From NCBI RefSeq assembly GCF_037042905.1, contig NC_087246.1, forward strand, positions 17,670,001 to 17,734,000: a stretch of 64,000 bases of DNA, given 5' to 3'. Shown here piece by piece: positions 13,715 to 26,200 of the stretch. A model generated the notes under the pieces. The model did not search any database. It was not told where the DNA came from and was given only the letters and a program-made list of their open reading frames with translations. Origin of the DNA: Lytechinus pictus (Eukaryota). Each line of letters opens with the position of its first letter. The stretch's first letter is position 1. A program made the position numbers and the translations under genes.

Positions 13715-14200
13715 CCACGGAAATAAAAGGAAGTGCCCCCAACCGGCCGTGTGTTGATGCCCTCTACGTTCGTTGGTGTACATTTACCGCTGTTTCATGG
13801 GGAATTCGTCTTTTGCAATTTGGTGCTGTACGAATATTGAATATGGCTTTGTCTTATGAGGTAATTATTTTCCTGATTTTTTGTTCCTGATTTCGTTTGA
13901 CATTTAGGCAGACATTTATTATTTCTGTAACTTGTAAGTTCATGCGAATCACATCGCCATCAGATCAGCTCAGCTGTATCGCTCAGTTCAGCCTCAGGCT
14001 CAGCTAAGCCTAAAGCAGCAGCGCCAGCGGCCTGCACGACCCGGGGCGGCCGGCGGGAGCATCTCACCTCCGCCAGGCCTAACTCGGCCTTGCCCCGGGG
14101 ACCTCGACACGACGTCTTTAGACTTGTACGTGTTCGGGCTGCCGCAGTAAAACTCAGGCTCAGGGAGCTTCGCGGGCCGGAGCCCAGGCCCAGGGGCGGT
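13715..14200 (+). promoter_or_regulatory. Probable THOC6 promoter / first-exon CpG-rich region
   Basis: ETS-like CGGAAAT and AGGAAGTG at about 13718-13736, roughly 110 nt upstream of the ATG. A GC/CpG-rich patch at 13940-14200 stands out in an otherwise AT-rich window. Confidence 0.45.
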
Positions 14201-17200
14201 AATCTGAAAATCGTGTTAACTTTGGTGTTAAATATTAATATCGTGTTATATCTCTGATTTAACACGCCCCTAACTATTAAAAAGTAACATACCTCCAAAT
14301 GTGTATTCTGAAAACCGTGTTATCTAGTCTTGAGGACTCCATGGCATGATGATGATGATGTTTTTTTAATATTTTGACATCTTCATCATGACACTCTTTC
14401 CATTGGCATTAGAAGCTGCAGCGAGACCTACACACCCGGATGGATTTCCCTAGGAAATCCATTGTTAGAGGGTGAAATCGGTTTGTAGGGGTGAATTTTA
14501 TTTATCTATGATTCATAGTATGAACCTTCATGCGCCTAATGAGTATAAAGGGATAAAAATTATTTCACTACAAATGGTAAAAATGAGACGTTTCTTACCC
14601 AACCGATCTCCAGTAGATCTAGCCAGGCCAGGAGGCAAGTTTTACTTTTTTTTTCTAGAGAGTAAAAATCATTTACTAATGTAGGCTTACTCTCAATGAA
14701 GCCAGGCCAGGTCTTCCTTCTCATTCACCTACACGAAGGACCCCAAAACCTGAAACTTTCACCCCCGAGATTTCTACTTTCCTTCTAAAAGATCTAGCCC
14801 TAAATCATGTACATGGGATAAAACTTAATTTCCGACATTTCTACGCTCTCGTTATTTTTAAACAAGAATTCAGAAAAGAATGAGAAAAATATTGTGAAAA
14901 GACGGAAGAGACTTGCCCGATGTTTACGCCGCCATCTTGTTTCCTATTGTTCTTCACCAACGTTACGCAACGCACGCGTCTGTAACGTTGGCGAAGAACA
15001 ATAGGAAACAAGTCCTCAAGACTCCATGATGAAGAAGTATATGTCAAAATATAAAAAAAACATCATCATGGAGTCCTCAAGACTATGTGTTATCTCATTT
15101 TGTGTTATCTTCACTCAGCTCCTCCCACTAGTACATGTAGTACTACTCGAGTCTAGGCCCCTAGGCTAGCCTGGAGGCCCCTGGAGAGTAAAATTTCAGT
15201 CTAATAATATGTAGGCTTACTCCCCATGGAGCCTGGAATTGCTTCCCATACATCTACACGCCCGCCCAAAAACCTGAAACTTTTGCCCCCCCCCCAAGAT
15301 TTCTACTTTCCTTCTAAAAAATTTAGCCATCAATCATGTTCATGGGATACAACTATATTTCCGACATTTCTACGATATTGATTTCATTTTTAAACAAGAA
15401 TTTGTTCAAAAGACAAGAAAAATGTTATGAAAAGACAGGAAGAACTTGCCACCGTGTTTACGTCGCCATCTTGATTTCATTGTCTTTCGCTTGGCGACAG
15501 CACGCAAACCACGTGATTTGCGTGCTGTCGCAAATGCTGTTAAAATCTATTCAGTTTTGGCCTAAAATGCACCAAAACGGAAAAAAAATAACTTAAAAGG
15601 AAAAAAAAAACAGTGACTTACTTCGGCTGTCACGCAACTTTCACTTCCTGGTTTATTTGAACTTAATACATAAACATATGGCCATTGAGTCCCTGTACCA
15701 TGTGTACAGATCGAGTGAGATCTCTGTTGGTGAATGGAGCGATTGGAGTTCAGCGGAACAACTAATATAACAGAGACAGAAGCTTTTGGTCTACGCCAGG
15801 CCAGGCCATGTCTAGTTCTAGACCAAAAGCTTGAGTCTCTGTATTTGGTTGTTCTGCTGAAATGCGTTGGCTCCACTCAAATGGGGATTATAGTAAAGTG
15901 TCAGAAATTGTTAAATAAATCCCCAGAAACGACGGTTATTCCTGTCTAGGCCATGTCTAGCCAGGGCTGAGAGGCTCCTATACAGTGCGTATAAAAAAAG
16001 TTTACACTTTGAAAAAGCCCTGGGAATTAAAAAATATACAACATGTGGGTAATTTTTTCACATATAATCTTAGGTTTGGGTCTCATCTATCCAATGAAAG
16101 TAAAAGTTTTGACAAAATGTTACACTTGAGTGAGCACTGTCCATTTTTGTAAAGCTCGCAGAAATCTGTTTGCGCAGAAATGCTTGTTTTCACGTTGTGT
16201 CAAGGGGAAAGGGCGAAATCACATTTACCCTGCGAAACATTTCTCATACAATTCCCTTGCACTTTTAGTCAATTGAAATAAAACAGATACATTCAAACAT
16301 TTTGTAACAATTTTGACACCCAAATTGAAATTTCAACAATTAGTAAGCACAACCCTTACCCTTTTTGTGCCAGCTGGATCTGAGGACATAACTAAATCTG
16401 AACAAAAGTTTATATCAGACATCTTCAGCATTTTTCACTAAGTTTTTATCATTCAAAGTGGGTTTACATTTCATTTTTTATTTAATACTTGTTTTTCCAC
16501 ACCTTTTCCAAGCTTGAAAATGATTAACAAAATGAAAATCAAGCCTAAGCCATTTCATGTAAATCACAGCTCAGTGTAAAGCAAATATCGTCACGATGGC
16601 TTTGGTGTGTGGGGGAGTGGGGTGGGGCACAATGCACTCTTCGAAGTGTTTTGGGCAAGGAAACAAGTTAAAACGGGAAATGATATCTTCAAATCAATTT
16701 TACTAGCTAAATTCAACGTGTTCTTTATGATTAAGGTCTACATGTATTCGCATAACTATTTCAAAGTTCTGCGCAACTCATATTTCACTAACTTTTCAAA
16801 AGTAAGTGGTGCTCACTCAAGCGGAAATATTTTTGACAGTTATATCGTTATTTGCTTAAATGGATCTGTACCAATGTTAACATGTAGACAATTTTCAGGA
16901 TATTACAAATGTACACTTTTTTTGATACGCACTGTAGAGTAAAAATCATTTACTAATGTGTGCTTACGGAGCCAGGGATTGCGTCCCATTCATGTGCGTG
17001 TACCGCGGAAAAACCTGAAATTTTCGCCCCCGAGATTTCTACATTCATTCTAAAAGATCTAGCCCTAAATCATGTAAATGGGAAACAACTTAATTTCCGA
17101 CATTTATATGACATTGATTTCATTTTTAAACAAGAATTCATTTAACAAACGAGAAAAATATTATGAAAAGACGGAAAACGGCGCGGCAGGTTTTCCCCGT

Positions 17201-20200
17201 CTTTTCATAATATTTTTCTCTTTTTTTTTTGTGCATACAATAAAATGTATTTGTGATTGTCTGTGATGATTGAATATGCTGGCTAGTGAAAATAAGAGTG
17301 GCTGTTGAATCTTCATACATGTCCAATTTAGGCTGCATTTAGAGCATTTTTGAGCTTGAGGTTATACATGTAGGCCCAGTTTCATATGCTAGTAAGGCCT
17401 ATGCACAAAATTGAGTAATCAAATAATTGAATGATAACATTTGTATACATGTGTCTTGGCAACAATCTCTTACGTAAGTATGATAATAATGAATTAATAG
17501 TGATATCCCTAATTAGACTCTCAAATGTTTATTGTTCTTTCATCTCTTTTTAGGAGCAAATTTTGAAGGAGAAAAAACAGCTTCACATGTCAGTGTTTGC
17601 ACAATGTATATCACCAGATGGCAAGTACCTACTAGCTGGGAACAACTATGGGACAATTGCTGTCTTCAGGTTAGTTACAAGTGCTGTTCGAAGAATACCG
17701 GGGGTGGAAATACTGTGTAAAATCCCTTCATATCTTTTTAAAAATTTCATTTTCAATTGTATTTAACCAGAGCATCGAAAATGCATTAATATGATACACA
17801 TATGAAGAGCTCACTTGCAAGAGGGGTTTGGGTCCATTTTTCATCAAATTTGATTTTTATGTCTTAATGATGTATAAATTTTTAGTAGCTCTATAAGATG
17901 ATACCACAGAAAAGTTGAAATTCCTATTAAAAAGTGAAGTAAAATGGCAAAGAAAAGTCACTTTATTTTCAAAAGGGCTTGGGTCCATTTCAGTTTAGTT
18001 GCAAAAGGGGTTAGGTCCACACATATTTTATTTGGAAAAGAATATCTTAAAAAATATGAAGACAGGTAGATTTCTCTTATACCAATTTTATGTTCTCATG
18101 GTAGGGTATCATGAAAATTCAGTTTTGCATAAAAATACTGCAATATGGGAGTGGACCTCTTGGAGTGGACGTAGCCCCTTTTGCAACTAAACTCTTCTGA
18201 AGAACTCATTTGTCAAAAGGGATTAGGTCCATTTTTGTCTCACCTGCATAGCAGAGTGAGACTATAGGCGCCGCTTTTCCGACGGCGACGGCGGCGGCGA
18301 CGGCGGCGTCAACACCAAATCTTAACCTGAGGTTAAGTTTTTGAAATGACAGCTTAACTTAGAAAGTATATGGACCTAGTTCATGAAACTTGGCCATAAG
18401 ATTAATCAAGTATTACTGAACATCCTGCCTGAGTTTCATGTCACATGACCAAGGTCAAAGGTCATTTAGGGTCAATGAACTTAGACCATGTTGGGGGAAT
18501 CAACATCAAAATCTTAACCTAAGGTTAAGTTTTTGAAATGTCATCATAACTTAGAAAATATATGGACCTAGTTCATGAAACTTATACATAAGGTTAATCA
18601 AGTATCACTGAACATCCTGCATGAGTTTCACGTCACATGACCAAGGTCAAAGGTCATTTAGGGTCAATGAACTTTGGCCGAATTGGGGGTATCTGTTGAA
18701 TTACCATCATAACTTTGAAAGTTTATGGATCTGATTCATGAAACTTGGACATAATAGTAATCAAGTATTACTGAACATCCTGTGCAAGTTTCAGGTCACA
18801 TGATCAAGGTCAAAGGTCATTTAGGGTCAATGAACTTTGGCCAAATTGGGGTATTTGTTGAATTACAGCCATAAATTTGAAAGTGTGTTGGTCTAGTTCA
18901 TAAAACTTGGACATAATAGTAATCAAGTATCACTGAACATCCTGTGCGAGTTTCAGGTCACATGATCAAGGTCAAAGGTCATGTAAGGTCAAAGAACTTT
19001 GGCCACGTTGGGGGTATTTGTTGAATTGCCATCATATCTCTATAAGTGTATTGGTCTAGTTCATAAAACGTGGAAATAAGAGTAACCAAGTATCACTGAA
19101 CATCTTGTGCGAGTTATAGTAGTTTTCAAAATCAGCACTGCTGCTATATTGAATCGCGTGATGCAGGTGAGACGGCCAGAGGCATTCCACTTGTTCATCA
19201 ATTTTATTGTTTTCTGTCTCTAAACCTCTAAATTTTTAGTCGCTCTGATGATACCAAAGACAATTTGAAATTCAAATGAAAACGTAAATGAAAGTGGCAA
19301 AGAAAAATCAATTTTTTAATCAAAAGAGATTGGATTCATTTCAGTTTACTTGCAAAAGGGGTTAGGTCCACAATGATGATTTTTTTTTTTAAATATATAG
19401 AAAAAAATGAAGACAGGTAGATTTCTTTTATACCCAATTTTATGTTCACATGATAGGGTAGTACATCATGACAATTTAGTTTCTCATAAGAATATTGCAA
19501 TAAGTGAGAATAAAAAACATGGTTTTTCTCGGAATGGTCCAAAGTGGACCTAACCCCTTTTGCAACTAAACTCTTCATATATACATACAGTATTTACATT
19601 GGTACAGTATATAAAATGTTGCCTGGCAGGAAGCAGCCTGAGCCAGAAAACAAAAAGACCCTCATAAATGGCCAACCTTACAATATATCACTGAAAAAAT
19701 GTTATATACATGTAAGTACCTAATACAATACAAATTCAAAAACAAATAACTTTCTCAGACAAAGATTTGAAAGCTGTCTGAAATTTGAATTTAAAGCTTT
19801 TATATACTGGAGATGGTCAACCTAAACATTAGGCGTTTACTCGATAGAATTCAGTGATTGATATCAAGTAAAGTGATAGTGATGGCGATGGTGTTAGTGC
19901 TTAGAGCGTGAATGAGGCTGCTGAAATATATTCAAACACCTGGGGCCCGTTTCATAAAGGACTAGCAACTGTTGTAACTTTGCCATTATGGCAACTACCA
20001 TGGTAACAGGGCTCAGCAGCCAATCAAAATCAAGGTTACCATGGTAGTTGCCATAATGGCAAAGTTACAACAGTTGCAAGTCCTTTATGAAACGGGCCCC
20101 TGATGATATGATGTCATGCCTCGTCAGAAACTGCATGCGGGAATCCTTGACAATAGTACATCAGAGAGAGATTTCATTGAAATCTCATTGTAAAGAATGC

Positions 20201-23200
20201 AAGTGTAAGATCACCTAAGAAAAGAGTCATTTTCATTGCTCATTTCTGATTTGCTCTCATTTGAACTGTAAGAGATATTTTTACCATGATGTTTTATTTC
20301 GACTGTAAGCTTGAGAGCTGATTTTAACTAATATCCCTGTATCATTTATATGCCTAGTATGCGTTGTGCACTATCATCAGATGCAAATGAAAACAGCAGG
20401 AAACCTATCTTCACATTCAAAGGTAAGTCAATGTTAATCAGTAATATCTCTATTTGATGTTTAGATCAAGGGTAGTGGTTGGGATTAGATGATGGTGGTG
20501 GTTTTTCCTGACTGCCAATAAAGCATGTTACATTATTAAGTTGACGAGATGACCAAAGGCTTAAGGTCCTCTCCAAGGTAAGGAGGACTAATGCCCAAAG
20601 TATACAAGCGCACTGACTGGGAATTGAACTTGGGTCACCAAATTGTGAGACTGCAGAGTTGAACATGTAACTGTCTCTATAAAAATTCTTTTGATATTTG
20701 TTTATAATTCATGTATTTAATGAAACGAAATGCTCATTTTCATGTAGTAGGTTTCTTTATCTAGTCTTATATTTAAATATGTTTCTCTCTTTTTTTTAGC
20801 CTTTGATGGTGCCATATTTGCTCTGCAGTCTACTGAAAACTTTTTGATCTGGTAAGTAATGTGATGATAATAGTAATGATACACAATATTTATAATGTGC
20901 TTCATTCATGTTTCAGTAGCAATGAAGAAAAGACCAAGGTAAAAAGTAAACAAATACTGAAATAGCTCAATAAGATTCATTTGCTCTCTATTCTTTAAAA
21001 GGAAGGTAAGGTAATGCAGCATACTGAAGACTAGACTTGCCAAATGGAAAGTTGGCAGTACTCAACAACATTTTGGATTTAAAAAATCCTTTTACTTCAT
21101 AGCAGGAACATATTTCCTATTATTTAATAGCCATGTCATTGGGTTTGCAAATTAGACTTAATCTTTCCTCTTTCTTTGTCTGACTTAATTTGCATTTCCT
21201 TACTATCCTCTCTCTATTTTTTATCCTCTCTCCATCATATTGTATTTGGTTGTTTATAATACACTAGAAAGATAATTCCATTTTCATCACCTTACTGAAA
21301 ATAAGAGGGCATTGCAAGAAATTGACTTACAATCAGTTGATCAATGTGGAGGTCAAAGGGTGTGTTGAAGGCTTGCTGGGGAAGTTTGAATAATGTATGA
21401 TGTTTCTGGCCATCACCCACTGAATTAGATCAGGGGCCCGTTTCATAAAGGACTTGCAACTGTTGTAACTTTGCCAATATGACAAATACCATGGCAACAG
21501 GGCTCAACAGCCAATCAAAATCAAGGTTGCCATGGTAGTTGCCATAATGGCAAAGTTACAACAGTTGCAACTCTTTATGAAACGGGCCCCAAATGTTGAT
21601 ATGAAAATAGGCTTAAGTCAGAAAAATCTTGGAACCTGCAGGATTCAAACATAACATCTACTTCTTACTACTGACCAGACACTGACTCTGCCACCAGGAC
21701 TTTGTTTAATCATGGCACAGTCATGATGCAATTAAAACAAATACCTACCCTTGATGAATTTTAATATGACATGAATTTGTATTTTGTCATGGAAAGTAGA
21801 AAGGAAAGTTGATGGGTTTTTTTCTGAATCATTTTCAGATACAACATTAAACTCAGCATATGATAGCCAGAAATATCTCTTAATATGGAAGTCCCAAATC
21901 AGATATGCATGTAAATCTTGATCAATATGGCTGTCTAAAAATTAGTTAGAGTATACATGTATCCACAATGAATTGGATCTCGGAAATTGATTTATGGCCT
22001 CATGCAATAGAAAGTGTATATTGTTTTGCAATAGTTATGATTGATCTTTTAGTTGCATCTTTGCAAGTAATTTTTTCAATCTGTTACAAATTTTTCAATT
22101 CATTGTCCTATCTCATTTTTTTCTCTCTTATCCAGTGGTGGAAGTGGAGATATCAAAGCTTGGAAATGGAAGGATATACAACAGAAGGTTAGAATTTTCA
22201 CCCATTCAGATCATCATTGTTTTTTCAATTCTATAGGAATTTTATAAGATGGATCAAATATATCCTGATAAAATAATTGGTTAAGAACATCCATGTTACC
22301 AGATATTCATTTTGCCTGACACCCAGTATTACTCAATTAATTATTGGTCAAAATTAACAAATTGCACAAGTATGATTCTTTGAAAAATAAATGTGCACAT
22401 ACTCAAAACAAGAATGTTTTCACAAGTTGAAGAGAAATGAGTTGTTGTTTGTATATTACACAGGCACCAAGGGTAGCATGGTCACTCTCTGTACCACACT
22501 CAGCAAATTTTGGAGCCGTGGAAACCAACGGACTTGCATATAATCGGCAGGTGAGATCATATCAAAACATGTTCACTTCAGTCTTCATCAGTCTTATTCA
22601 AGGAGGGGGGGGGGGGGTTGGTGCTTTGGGTAATATTGTGATCTTCTGTTTATCATCTGCAAAATGAAGCTTATTAATAAAACAGAAGAACCTTTCAAAG
22701 TACAATAGCTTAAGCAAAATATATTATTATTCAAAGAAAATTAACAGATATTGAGATATTCAATAGTGGTTCTTAAATAATTGGAAGAAAACAGAATTCT
22801 TCAATATTTGTTGTTCGAAATATAATCATTAATCTTTTCTAGATCATTTGTTTGCTTTGCATTGATTTTATCCTTGCCTCATGCATCATTAGACGACTAT
22901 TCTTGAATTGGATGAATATATTGTGAAAGATATATTGTCCTTGGTAACTCGGTATTTGTTTTTAAAGATTATCGAGATGAGAAGCAGATTCTAGCCAGAT
23001 TATACATGATACTTTGGGTGGGGCTCAACATTGTCCACAAACAATTATAGTATTATCTCTAACCTGACTGTGTCTGCCACTGTTGATGATATAATGACAT
23101 TGTTTGGGTTTTTTTTCATGAATTTCACAAACAGGACAACACTTTGTATTCTGGTGGAGGTGACAGTGAATTGCATGTGTGGGACTTAGAATCAGGTACA

Positions 23201-26200
23201 TGTAAGGTAAGCATATTTTTCCCCGAAGTTTTCAATTTCCTGTAATTTTGTTTTCATAACCACACAGGTGTATTATGGCCTGTATTCTGTACCATTATTT
23301 GGAAAGCACAGCAAATGTCTTCTTTTTTTTTTACTTCGTAGGTTAATCATGTATATGGTAATTGTTGATTCCCCCCCCCTCTTCATTTAATGGTGAATAC
23401 AAAACATTGGGCTTGTTTGCATGGCATATATGATTATTCACAATGTCAAAATGTGTATCTTAACAAACAATGATATTTATACTAATGTGTATCATGTTTG
23501 GCAGGGCATCATTTATTTTCTTTTCAGCAGATAGATTTGAGGATTGGTGATGCTGAAATGCCTTAAATACCATGTTTGGATATGTCACTAGACGTACTTG
23601 TTAATTGTTTTGGATATTATCATTATCATGATCATCATCAACATCACCACCATCATCATCTTCATCATCATAAACATCATCATCATTATCATCATTATCA
23701 TCATTGTCATCATCATCATCATCATCCTAATATTAATAATTATAATAATAATAATAATCATCATCGTCATCATCCTAATAATGATAATCATCATCATCCT
23801 ATTAATAATATTGATAATAATCATATTTATCATAAACATAATCATCATCATCAATATCATAATCGTCATCATTATAATCGTCATCATCATCACCACCGTC
23901 ATCATCATCGTCACCATCATCATTCATTTTACATCATTAAAATTATCACTATACTGCTCATTATCACCATCTTTGTTTTATACTTTATAAAGCATTCTTA
24001 TACAGACCACACGGACTACATCCATGCTGTAGCATTGTTTAATACATCAGCACAGGTTGCCTCAGGGTCTGAAGATGGAACAGTCAGGATATGGGGTGAG
24101 GAAATCAATTAACATTCTGTAGTGCTCATGTGCACAAGTATCCCAAGAAAAACATTTGTTGAGTTATGTGTGTCTTCTAACGTTGACCCGTCCCTCTGTA
24201 ACCACCCACCTAAAACTAAAAAGCCAACAATGAAACATGCCTGTAATATCTATTCAGCCCATGTCAATACCAATGTATAACCATAGAATTTTTCTGTATG
24301 TCTCGTCTAAAATTAGTTACTGTTTTGTAATGGACTTGGGTTTTCCATGTCATATTGCCCTTTCTTATACCTTCATGCTTTTTTGTCTATAGAGAGTTAG
24401 AACAGGATAATTTTTTGTCAACATTCTTTGTTTTTAAAAATTAATGAAAAATAAAAACTATTAATAAATAAAAGAAATCTAAAATTCTCAACAACAGAAA
24501 AAAAAAATCAGAACTCATTTTGAGTTTGACTGATTATGACTCTGTTTTCTGTAGTGCATTCTTGATGCCATAGTAGGTCCATGTTGATACTGACTGTTAC
24601 TGTTTCTCTTTAGGATTATGATAATGCCTTTTAGGGAACCGGCTCTATTTGGAATAAGAAATAAGGATATAAGCCTGGTAACTTGTTCATATTTGTTTCA
24701 GAAAGGAGTAGTAATATTGATATATCTTCTTTGATTCCTCAGATACTAGGACGTCAGGGGAACCCGTAGCCATCCTAGAACCAAACAAACATGAGGTGAG
24801 TTCAATCTTCATTTGGTAATAATGTTTTTTTTTGTTTAGATAATAATAATAATCTATTGCTTGAATCATGTTTTTTAGAAGTCTGACACTTTAAAATAAT
24901 GCACCTTAATTACCCTGGCTGTAGCAGATCAGCTGTCTGTGTTTTGAGTAAATAGATTCCATTAATTCCAATGAACTTCATGCGCATTGAGTGCAGCACA
25001 ATGTAGATACATTTCTCGGAAATAACGCCATGGCTGGGGTTTGAACGCATAACCCAATAGCAAATAGACACGACATGACAATAGAAAGATTAGCATGAAG
25101 TTGGAAAGTGATCAACATATCAAACCAGGTGAAGCCAAACTGAATAGAATTGTGTTGTATAGCACTTTGAAAAATTCATGCCAATTGGGAAAAAACAAAT
25201 AAAGCACAGAATTCAAGTTAATGCACATTTGGAAATAAATCCTGTTGGCATCATAAAAATCTCTTCATTCTATCTGTCATTTGTTTGCAATTTGCAATTA
25301 TCATCTACTTTGATAACTAAAATTTTATATACATGTAGTATTTGAGATTGTGAAAATGTTGCATGCTCTAATTTAGTTGCAAACAAGCATATTAGACATT
25401 GTATAGTATGTAATATCAATGTATAAGCCTAGTACTGATATTACTATCCAGATATGATAGTAGTTATATGTCTTTAATACTTGTCATTTACAAACTCTTC
25501 TTTCTGACTCATTAATTCTTTGCTCCATTAAATTCACACTTTCCATGCAGTATGCATGAGTAACTAAGTTGTGAATAACACAATAAAGTAAGTAAATCTG
25601 CATTGTACTTGTAAAACGTTTGTTGTTGTTATTTTAATTATTTGAATGTACACATTTTATTTATTTCCCCTCCCCAGGAATGCATCAATAATCCAAAAGA
25701 TAAATGGATAAGCTGTGTAGCCGTAGATCCTGCAGATGACTGGCTGGTGAGTTTGTATTTCATATTACACTCCTTGAGAAAATGGTTTTGAAAAAAAACC
25801 CATTTTATCAAAGGCATGTACGTTGCTGGTGAGAATGGTCAGGGGGCCCATAATAACACAAAGCTTAGGAATTAATTGTGCAGTTTGTTCGTATGAATGA
25901 TTACACATAATGTAATCAAGCGTAAAAATCTGCCCTTTGATATGGATTTAGCTTGATGTTATGGGCTCTGATGATAACAATGAAGACAATGATGGTGTAA
26001 ATGACGATGATGATGATGACGGATTATGGGGGTGGCAGTGCTGTCAGAGATGATGGTGGTGGTGGTGATGAGGATGGTCATGCTGCTGCTGCTGATGATG
26101 ATGAATGATTAAGAAAATGATATGGTGATGATGAAGATGATGATGATGAATGATAAAAAAAAATGGTATTATGATAAGGAGGGGGATGATGATGATGATT

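Noticed and set aside
18340-19110. Regularly spaced repeats superficially like a CRISPR array
   Set aside because: The whole units are homologous (no unique spacers), there are no cas genes, and the context is eukaryotic. It is the internal array of a HINE.
23576-24112. 178-aa poly-His ORF and companions
   Set aside because: An intronic microsatellite that happens to be in frame with THOC6 exon 23993-24095.
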